Assembly (NCBI GenBank): GCA_021432655.1
Contig: MU271383.1
Coordinates: forward strand, 57,050-77,049
Direction of reading: 5' to 3'
DNA: 20,000 nucleotides
Source of the DNA: Atractiella rhizophila
Taxonomy: Eukaryota
Of the stretch, positions 10,619-20,000 are shown piece after piece. Position 1 is the stretch's first letter. Every line of letters begins with the position of its first letter. The notes beneath the pieces are model-generated. The model was not told the origin of the DNA, made no database searches, and saw nothing but the letters and a program-made list of their open reading frames with translations. Made by a program: the position numbers and the translations under genes.

Positions 10619-12093
10619 ATGTCAGACCAAGAAAATAGACCACAGAGGAATGATTACAGGGAGCTGTACAGGGCTCTGAAGCGGCAGGTGCGCCATTTCT
10701 TTTGTTCAGCAAGGAAGGGAGTGGACGACATGTCTGTAGCGTAATGATGCACATCGAGAATTGATGTTGCTACAAGAAGCTGTGGCAAGAGCAGAGGAAA
10801 ACGAGCAGACCTGGGGAGAAGAGCGCGTCCAAATGTGAGAAGAGCTTGAAGCAGTGAAAGAGCAGCTTCATTCAGATGAACCTCCCTCTAAAAGACGTCG
10901 CTCTACTCGGGTCATCCCTTCTGCACCTTCTAAACTAGCCAAAGTTCAATCTTATCGTACTGGCAAGGCTGCTGTGCTCCTCTACCATCCTTGGCCAACT
11001 CATCTTGAGAGTGTCTTTGCCAACGATCAGACACCTCAGAATATCCACAAGATGCGGAACCAGATGTGGTATCTGATGATAATGAAGGTGGAGAGGAGGA
11101 AGATAGTGAGGAGAGAAGAGATAGGCAGTGAAGGAATCAAGAACGGGAGGTCCGTCGTCAGTACCGGTGTCTGACTTCCTCAAATTCATCGTTGGGCAGC
11201 TCCCGCCTGAAGCTGTTCAATGGCACAGCAGTGCCTGGTTCCAGAGTGAAGTATTTACTTTCACTCAATGTAATGCTGCATTCTGATATTGAGGTCTAGG
11301 TACAACGCGGTCTTGCTGAACAGAAAAGCGACAATGCTCTTAGAATGCGCAATAATCTTGTTGACATCTTCGAAATCAAATCTTCGACGTCTGCAGAACT
11401 GAAGATCCAAAAAAATCGTCAAGAAGATGAAGAAATCTAGCGACATATCAACCACGAAAGTTACATTTACGCTGCTTACGAAGTCCCTGCTCAAGGCAGT
11501 AGCTCGCACCAAAAATCAATCAAGGCTGCTGTGTATCTTCATTCCCCAGCTCTCTTCAGAGTAAGAATCCCTTTTGTCCCAAGCAACTGCTGATTACAAA
11601 TTGAAGATTGCATGCATTATTGTTCACGGACCTGCCACAATCACAAGTGTAAATCATCGTGCTCGCGGAGCAACCATGGGAACCAACCTGTCAATCCATC
11701 AAATAACAATTCCATTGATGGCTTATTCCTCCACTTTGGTATGTCCCCATCCATGCTTAAAATAACACAATGTTCACGCTCCAGAAGGCTCGATATGTGC
11801 TTAGCGGCGATGTGGCTTTTTCTGCCGAAGGGACAGTACCCATCAAACCGGGTACAACAGAAGTCAACGACTATCGACAACATTTCGAAAGAACGGTCAA
11901 ACTCCTCTCAACCATTCAAGCACAGCACGAGGACAAATTTACGGACCTTATCTCTACATGGAATAAGGAAGTCTTTCCACAGGACAATGCTGAAAGGGAT
12001 CCTTCCACACCACACCATGGTACAAAAGACGCAGACATTTTAGAAGGATTTAAAGTTGACTTCAACCCGGAGGAGGAAGAAGTTGAAGAATAG
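10619..12093 (+). pseudogene. DUF6698-like alpha-helical fungal transposon-associated protein, spliced, with stops and frameshifts
   Basis: Introns at 10688-10739, 11251-11299, 11561-11606 and 11739-11784/7. Spliced product: MSDQENRP..coiled coil..PSKRRR..AWFQSE|VQRGLAEQKSD..|IACIIVHGPATI..TMG..QITIPLMAYSSTL|ARYVLSGDVAF..DYRQHF..WNKEVFP, matching the GP..T..IAY..RF.LS..Y..F..WN..VF pattern. Premature stops at 10836, 11129 and 11438. Confidence 0.65.
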
Positions 12094-12904
12094 AAACATC
12101 TCCTTACAAGGACATAACAAAAGTATTATAGATAGCATATTCTTGTCTATTTTTATGTTAATATTATTCAATTTTGCGAATGAAAGATAGCTCATATCTT
12201 AAAGGAAGGGGGCAACATGGGGATAAAAGAGTTGATCACAGTAAGGGTTCTATGTCCCGCTACACTAGCCATGAGTACAATGCTATAACGCACCAACATA
12301 TTCTTACTACCGCCCTCCCTCCCTCAGCCGAAGTACCTCATCTGGTTCTGTTTCGCATCAGCCGTTGTTGAATTTAATGATCATTAGTTGAGTGGCAGGA
12401 GTGCATCATGGCATTGACGAATGTACCGAGGACGGAGAGACGGATACAGAAACAGGATAGTCGGAGAGGGAACGACGGAGAGCGAGCAGACTGTTCTCAA
12501 TGCAAAACAGAAGTCAGTAACATTACAAATGCATACGACAATTGTACTGCGAGCTCTGTCATTTTAGCAATGCAGTCTGAGAAGCCATTGCTCTTAGCAT
12601 TATGCTCGAACTGGCGACGGACTCGAAGGGGAAGTAGCCTCTTGTGGGTTCTTTGCCAACTTTTGCAACATCAGACCGCAACTTGAACTGCAAGAGCTGG
12701 CCAAAATTATTGCCCCCAATGAAGGTGGACCTCTTTATCCCACCCATCCCTCCCTTGTTTCAACGGTGACCCTAGCGAGCGAAGAAAATCAGTGAACGAT
12801 GGCAAACAGGTTATGGACTTGAAGTTGGCGAAAACACCAGAGTTCGAAATCCGGCCGCCGGTCGCAAAGGAAGACAAAACCAAGCAGCAAACCGCCAACA
12901 TTTA

Positions 12905-12943
12905 CTCTCACTCACTCTCTCTCACTCACTCTCTCTCTCTCTC
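12905..12943 (+). repeat. Compound (CT)n/(CTCA)n microsatellite
   Basis: actctcactcactctctctcactcactctctctctctct. Confidence 0.9.
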
Positions 12944-13291
12944 TTCCGCATCTCACAGTCTCGCACTGTATTGACTTTGAATAATGAAATAGGCGGTTAG
13001 AGGATATAAAATTGGGCGGCATTTGAGACTTGAACTGAGCAAGTGAGTGCTTTTGTCGTCTGTGTTTGGATGAAGCAAACTCTTCTGAGAGGAGAGGAAT
13101 GTTAATGAACTCTGAATTTGAAAAGCTACAGAGTGTCACGTCAGATTTCAAGCGCTCCCTGCTTATTTTGAGCGGAAAGTGACACAGTAAGCTTCAGGAG
13201 CACTCTTGCTCTACTGCATGTCTTTGTTATTTTGAATCACAATTTGTCGAGAATATGAGCATTGTGGAGGTTTGAACATGAATACAGTGAC

Positions 13292-16200
13292 ATGGCAAGT
13301 CATTTTGCTCAGCCGTCTTGTTTTGGAAGAAACACATTGTCATCCGCTCCGGAATGCCTGTCGCCTTCTGCTGCATTCATATTTACACGGCAAATTGAGA
13401 CGAAACATGCATGTGTCCCTGATTTGTCTTCCTTCTCATCACTTCGCTTCTGAGAGATGTGGGGAGGGTTGCGGTGGACTGCAGGAAATCTGACAGCGGT
13501 ATGTTCCTTCCCACTTCCCCTTCCTACTCGTCTCTCTGTCTTTTAACTCACCTACTTTTGTTCCTCTCCCTGTTTTCATACCCGCCTGCTCTCCAGCTTG
13601 AGCAGCCCTACTCTTGTCAAGGAACATCCCTTCCCTTTGTCAATGGCCCAATAGGCTGTGGTTTCTATCCTGCGATGCGCGAATGCTTCCAGAAGAGCGA
13701 ATACCCCTGGATCTACCTTGTCAACCACAAGCGCGATGTCCTCTTCTCTCGGAAGTGCTGTGGGAAGCTTTCACAAGAAGATCACGATGTGGGTTTTACT
13801 GCCTGTGATGAGTGCCACGATGTGAAGACGCTTCCAGCATATAAGGCCATCATCAGCTGTATCCGTTCCCCAAAATCGAAAACTCAACTTAGTTGGCAAT
13901 CACCATACTCCCACCTTAGATCTGTACATCAGCATAAGAAGAAATGGAAAGAGAGTGTTCTTGAGGTCTGTCTGCCATGAAGAGATGAAGCAGTGTAATT
14001 GATGGATTCTTAGAACCTGAACAATAAGCGGAAAATCAGGTACGCAGGAGAAGACATTGAAACCCTCCAAGCTCTCATTCATGCGATCAAGGAGTCCCAC
14101 TACTCTCGTATCCCAGAACTCGTTAAACGGGGTCTCAAGAATAGAATGTCCATTAAAGCTATAACCAGCCTCGTCATCCGTGCCAGTCAAGGAATGTACC
14201 ACATGTGCTCGTCGACGGAACGCATCCTTCGGATTGCAACCATTGTCAGATCCTACGGTGGCACAGTTCCTCTTGACACTCTTCGAAAAGAATTTGGCCA
14301 GTTTCCTTCGCACACCACTATCTGGCGACACGCCCTCGAGTCTCAAGTACGCCTCACTGGGTTTTCTGGTTCGGTGGATGCCCGACACAACTACCATGCA
14401 TTTATGCCTCGAACGCTTGCAGCGACTCTTGGACCTCGTGGCTGTAGCCTTGGATTAGACGAGATCAAATTAAGAGAGATGTTCACATACGACGTTCACA
14501 CAAAGCAACTCGTCGGTGGGTGCAGAATCCATGCAAATGGGAGTAACACGGTGCTGAAGAGTTTTGAAGATATCAAGACCTGTAAGAGCTGGGTGAATGA
14601 TGGGAGCTGGCATGTTGCAAAGTATGCAACGGTCTTTGGCATTATGCCACTCTCCGCTGGTGGTATGTCGTTTCTGCAAAGATCAAACTTCAATTCACTA
14701 AGAGCTTCACAGTTCCACCTCTAATTCCGATATCAGTCTCAGCGACATGCGGTAAAGAGGATGCCTTTCATGAAGGGAAGATTATCATGTCTGTTGCGGA
14801 AGAAGTGAATAAGTGCCTCGCAGGACGATAATTGGGAACTCTGGGTTCTCTGCTCCGACGGTGCTACTACTCGGCGCAACTTTTTCCATGAACAGTGCAT
14901 GCAGTCCAACATCCTTGATGCCCTGCCTAATCTTCGATCCTACCTCCCAAATGACTTGCCCCTTTTCAACTATGGCAGCAGTTCTACAGGACTTGTCACT
15001 TTTATTGACTTCCTTCACAAGTTTAAAACACTGGCGGCATGGCTTCAAAGCTCGAAAGGCATCTCGTTTGGTGATGTTCACCTTACACCTACGTCTCTGC
15101 GTCAGCATATCTGAAAACGGTATCCGAAAATGACCGAGCTTACATTGGAGCAACTCATGAACCCCGATGATCACATGAACGTTCCGAAGAGCACTCGCTT
15201 ACTGGCTCGGTTGATCGATATTTCATCAATGGAAGAGTCAGCTCTGGACTCACCCCATGTCCAAGATCATTTGAGATGTTGGGAGATCATAGGGAAGATG
15301 GTAGAAGCATGGTATGATGGCTTTTCCGATCATGAACTCAGTTTGGCAGAACAAGGCATCAAACTTTCAGTCTTCGCACACCTCTGTCTCGCACTGGTCA
15401 ACAAGTTTGGAGAAGACTTTATGCACCATGAGCTCCATCAAGACCTTCTGCTTGACGTGGCTTCCTTGCTCAAACTTATGGCTCGTGCTTGCATGATGGA
15501 TGAAGAAGATTATGAACTTTTCCTTGTCTGGCTAGGAATGGACGAGCTTGAGAAGGTTTTTGCCATTGTTCGGACCCTCGCTGCTTCCGACCCTGAATGT
15601 GATGTCATCCAGCTCAAGGCGCGTCGCCAAATGGCGTACGTTATCCAAGATATCTGGAGCCATGAACCAGATCTCAAGCCCGTTCATTCCAGACTCGACT
15701 ACAAGACGCGGGATGGAGCCGACCACATGTGGTGGCACCAGTGGAAAGGAAATGTCAGCGTCAAGAGCATTGTTGAGCACTTTGGACGCGACATCACTTT
15801 CAAGGAAGCAATGCGGTCAATGTGGACAAAGGGGAGACTCATTGCGGAAAGGACCTTGAAGCATTCTATGCTTCCTGGGCTGGTTCCAGATTGGGAATGG
15901 TTGGAACGGGAGGGCATTGATATCTGCAACCCTTTGGGAAAGTTAGAATGGAAGCAGAATCATATAGTATCATGGTGGTATGCTGCTGCAATAGGCCAGG
16001 TCCCATGTCCACCATCCGATCCATGTCATCCGTCGCAGGAACAGCCTGTCTCCGTCTCCAAATTGCCCCATCGCATCCGATCCTCATCTCTACCCTGCCA
16101 CCTGTCCACTTCCCGTCGTTCTCTCTCTATGACCCACGGCAGTGCTCTCTCCACTCCTCGCTCAGCACACCCCCGTTCTGTCTCTGATGTTTACTGCATC

Positions 16201-17030
16201 CTTCCTACTGTTCAAGGACCCAAGTTTATTGTCGACCTTCGAGATGCCTCACTGCTCAGCCTTGAAAACCGTGTCACAATGGAGCTTGCAAAGGTTGAGC
16301 TTGAAGGAACAAATATCGACTTCAAGCTTAAGCGCCAGGAGAAAGAGTTCTACTTCTCCGATGAGGAAGCAACAAGGTGCACATAGTGACAGCAGCAGTC
16401 AAGTACATCATGAATGATGCCTGGGTCCCGGTTACAGTTGATCGGAACGGGAAGTATGTTGGAAAGCTCAATTTTGCGAATGCACTTAACCTTGGGCTGG
16501 TCAGTCAGAATGAGTTGTGGAGGAAGGAGGTGAATCTGCTTCAGCACGGTCAACTAGCTGCAACAGTCCTCAAGAGCGGCAAGAAGATTGGGCTCGCTAT
16601 CTGCTCCTTTGACTCCTGTCAAACCTCTAGCGGTCCTTCCGACTTTATCCCTCACAGCAAGCTCGGCACGCTAAACTGAGGCTGCTTCAGTTGCAACCTC
16701 TCACTGGCTTCCCTTCCGTCAATCTTGAGCCTCACTTTGCTGCTCCAGACAGACTTACCACTCCGTCACATTCAACATCACCGGCCTGGATCTGGGACCA
16801 TCGCATGGTGGCAGTTGGAGGACCTTCCTCCACTCTCAAGACTCTTAAGCTGTCCTCCTTTGAAGTTGACTCGCATTTGGCGATGCCGCTTCGGAAGGAA
16901 TTAGACTTCTTGATAGTTGAACATGAAGAGCAAGGCATCATCCATGCTACTTGGAAGTTCACTAAGATGCAGCTCGAAATGAAGCTCAAAGAGTTGTACG
17001 AGCATGTCGAGAAGAACCAACTGAAGGTCA
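13292..17030 (+). pseudogene. P-element/THAP9-like DDE transposase, spliced, with few lesions; 5' start uncertain, C-terminus apparently truncated
   Basis: Introns at 13499-13596, 13966-14013 and 14663-14712. Ordered P-type motifs: FPSHTTI; CSLGLDEIKLREMFTYD..LVG (D 14458); WVLCSDGATTRR (D 14857); DFLHKFK (DxxH, 15007); NPDDHMNVP; LGMDELEKVFAIVR (E 15550). Cys-rich N-terminal exon at 13597-13965. Lesions: frameshifts at ~14820, ~16365 and ~16670; TGA at 15112. Confidence 0.75.
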
Positions 17031-19192
17031 AAGATCCATTCAACATTCAGACGTTTATCATTTCATCAGCCGAGGAGAATGAAGACTCACCTGACAACGA
17101 TGAAACTGATTCCGACGAGAGACGACCACAGAAACCACCTTTCGGACACTGCAACACCTACCCTGCCTCCCTTTCTGATCCCTCTCTCCCTCCCCCACGC
17201 AAGAGACCACGACGGCGATATGAGCAAAGCCAAGCGTTTGAGCGGCACCATGCACAGCTGGGGCGGTATGCAACAGGTGTGGAGATGGTGGAGAGGTTCC
17301 TCAAGAAACAGAAATTCGAGACTGAGCTCCAAGCACGTCAAGTTCGAGCATTGGAGTGCTTCTTCAACCTCATGAAGACTGGCAGGTATACCCATCTCAA
17401 GGCATCGCAGACAGCGGCCGCAGCTCATCGTTTCGGGATGTCTTACGGAGCGAAGAACATCCACAGTTGGGCGGACCGGTTTGAAACTGAGCAAGGAGCA
17501 CTCCCTATGTCTAACCATGGTTTGTCTTCCTGTTCTAACCTTTGGACATTACAAGCTGATGATCTGCAAGGCCGACATGCGAAAATCTTCTCTTTGTTGA
17601 ATGATCCAGAGCATTGTGAGATGCTGAGAGCTTGGGTTCAGCAGGAAAAGAAGAACATGGATCCAGCCAAATTGGCGGCCTATTCTCAGAATGTATTGAT
17701 CCCATCTCAACTTGAGAAATCAATGAAAGAGAAGTTGCGCAATGAGATGCCAATGAGGCTGAAGGGCTATCTGGAGGAGACTTTCTTTCCCAACGCTGGG
17801 TGGAAGCCGAAACGGGGGATTTCATTACGGACTGCAAGGAAATGGTTGCCGCGTGAAGGGTTTCGATAGACAGAATACAAAAAGGGACTATATTATGAGT
17901 ACATCATTACTTTTACATATGCATAATGTGCTGATTGGAGTTGAGCAGTGGCCATGAGCGACCTGATGTTGTTGAATATCGTCAGAAGGTTTTGTACCAA
18001 CCTTCCAAAGCTTCCTGCCTTGACTACGCAAATGGTCTTCTGAGGACGTTATCCTTGAGGTGAAGAAACCACTGCCCCCCGAAACTCAGCCTATCGTCCT
18101 TGTCGCGCATGATGAGTCGACGTGTACTGCCAATGACGGAAAGAAACACTGCTGGATTCTGGATGGTCAAGCAAGCCTACGGAAGAAGGGGCAGGGCCGA
18201 GGGATACATCGTTCAGATTTTATTTGCTCAACATATGGTTGGTTGGAAGAGTGTGGAGAACAGTTGGAGTATAGTAAGAACCATGAAGGGTTCTGGACTG
18301 GAGAGAAAATGCTTAAGCAGGTACGTCATATGAGACTATCAGAACTTCACTAAAATTGTATAGGTTACGGAAAAGTTTATTCCTGTTTTGAACGGCTCCA
18401 CTCCAATCAAAGGGCGCTGGTGTTGATTGATAATTTCCAAGGTCATAATCATTTTGCAGCAGATGTACTGAGAGCTATCTGACATGAATTTGAGACCCAG
18501 TAGGCCACTCCTATTCCTCTGTGGCATTCATTGTTAACATCCAGTCCAGGTGGGAAAAATGCTCGGATTATGTGGGATGGATGGTTCATGAGGGATGGGC
18601 AGAGGATTGGACAGTCAATGATATGCCCCCCCGGTCACCCCTGATGCTGGAAAACCGAAGGGAATGGAGCTGGTATTGAAGGAACGTGGCTTGTGGCCGG
18701 AGAAGGGTCTGAAAGGTCGATGCAAGCAAGCAACTGACCATCAAGCAGACCATACATGTTGTGCTGGTGAGTAACATCTTACATTCCACCATCCAATACT
18801 CATTTCATGGCACAGAGCATTTACTTGCATCACAGCCTGACTTCTGTGCCCAAAAAGGAGCAGTGGTCGAAGCAATTGAAGCAGCTGGGAATTATGCATT
18901 AATGCTTCCTTAGAGGTTTGCAGCTTCTCTGGATGTTGACAAGTTACTGATTACTTCAACAGAAAACTGCCGGTACACCTTTGAAGGATTGAAGGAGAAC
19001 ATGCATGCGGCTCTCAAGTCTGTGCAACTGTCCACTATCAGAAAGTTTGAGAGAAGAACTCACAGATGGATCCAAGCTTATGCCGAGGGCAAGGATGTCG
19101 TGCAAGCTGGATTCTAAGTGCGCAAGTATTCATCATACCGACGTGTTCCAGAAGTAGCCGCTGCAAGAGAGGAGCAGGAGGTTCAGGCTTGA
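17031..19192 (+). pseudogene. IS630/Tc1/mariner-like transposase of the fungal HDES..NDG / DNxQGH / QPDF type, spliced, inactivated
   Basis: Motifs GRHAKIFSLL, ISLRTARKWL..GF, KKGLYYD|GHERPDVV, HDEST..NDG (D 18111), DNFQGH (D 18429), MNLRP..DGWF, PKGMELVLKERGLW, CCA..QPDF, NCRYTFEGLK. Six introns: 17520-17570, 17899-17948, 18321-18363, 18500-18549, 18767-18815, 18916-18962. Stops at 17867, 18021 and 19115. The left boundary is approximate. Confidence 0.85.
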
Positions 19193-19319
19193 GGGTTTGT
19201 ACATATACTAGAGTTTCCATTTAATACTATGAACAGTGTGAATACATTAATGCATTTCACTGTGGGCAGCTCACACATATGCATGTGAGGAGCCAGAAAT
19301 GATGGGAAAAAAAAAAATT

Positions 19320-19361
19320 TCTGAGATTTGGGACCTGTGAGTCATGGTGACTCATGCTGTA
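19320..19361 (+). mobile_element. Probable right terminal inverted repeat and TA target site of the Tc1/mariner-like element
   Basis: About 170 bp after the stop codon the sequence reads ...tgagtcatggtgactcatgctg|TA. On the opposite strand this is TA|CAG..., the usual Tc1/mariner terminus. No partner TIR was seen in the window. Confidence 0.55.
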
Positions 19362-20000
19362 GCCTCTGATGTGGGACTAGCGGACCTGCACCATACAAGC
19401 CACGCCTTCCTTTCTGAATGAGGCTTTGCTCTTGAATTCCGAGAACCTTGTTGCGATAAAGTTATAAATCAAAGTGAAGGGAATGAAAAGGACGAAAGGC
19501 AGGGATTTTCATATGTACCCTGACTTTTTGCGGCTCGAGAAACTAGGGTTCACCACCATGGTCGAAGCGAAAGATGAGGTAGCAGAGTACCATGTCAGTC
19601 TCCTATCCCCTGACTCACCGCCTCATACAGCTTACCGATCCGGATCTCCTCACAAGACAGGAGCACACAACCACACCTCCCCTCCTCCCCTCAAAGTCAA
19701 GAGCTCCTTGCGTTCTCATCGAGCCATTTCTTTGCCCTCGAAACTCTCAGATCGGTCTCCGATGTGCCATCAAGTAGTTCAACCACAACTTCAACCTCAA
19801 GCACAAACCACAGGTCCGACAAGGACGCACAGCGCACTTGCGAACCCCATCGTCGGTGGAACCGTTGGAGAGGAAGAGTTGGGCATCTGACAGCGAGAGC
19901 TTCGGGTCGGTGGAGACTTGGTAGAGGTCTCCAATGATGGAGGATCTGGATCCGGATCAGATGGATGGAAGAGGACTGGAGAAAGAGATATTAGATTTCC

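Noticed and set aside
12174..13151. Short ORFs between the DUF6698-like and P-like genes
   Set aside because: No motifs or consistent exon structure; treated as intergenic.
10619..17030. KDZ/Plavaka transposase or TET/JBP gene near the DUF6698-like gene
   Set aside because: No CxH-type KDZ core, Plavaka motifs or 2OG-Fe HxD signature were recognised.
19474..19890. 138-aa S/P-rich ORF
   Set aside because: No recognisable domain and a non-ATG annotated start; strand and coding status cannot be resolved at the window edge.
1..20000. CRISPR array, rRNA/tRNA or prokaryotic operon/defence system
   Set aside because: No repeat-spacer array or RNA-gene signature was seen, and spliceosomal introns show the DNA is eukaryotic.

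Overview
Eukaryotic DNA, most likely from a basidiomycete fungus (inferred from short ~43-52 nt GT-AG introns and protein families typical of basidiomycete repeats). The window is a nest of decayed transposable elements with no recognisable housekeeping gene. From left to right: a Helitron Rep pseudogene running off the left edge (-); a hAT transposase fragment (+); a Ulp1/C48-like protease pseudogene (-); a Tad1-like LINE ORF1 (gag) with an in-frame 591-bp tandem duplication and no ORF2 (-); a head-to-head pair made of a C2H2-like zinc-finger exon (-) and a DUF6698-like gene (+); a spliced P-element/THAP9-like DDE transposase (+); and, joined to it in frame, an IS630/Tc1/mariner-like transposase ending in a probable TIR plus TA. 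The most interesting hypothesis is a large multigene P-like fungal transposon carrying DUF6698-like, zinc-finger and possibly Ulp1 genes. All family calls come from motif recognition by eye, not from searches.
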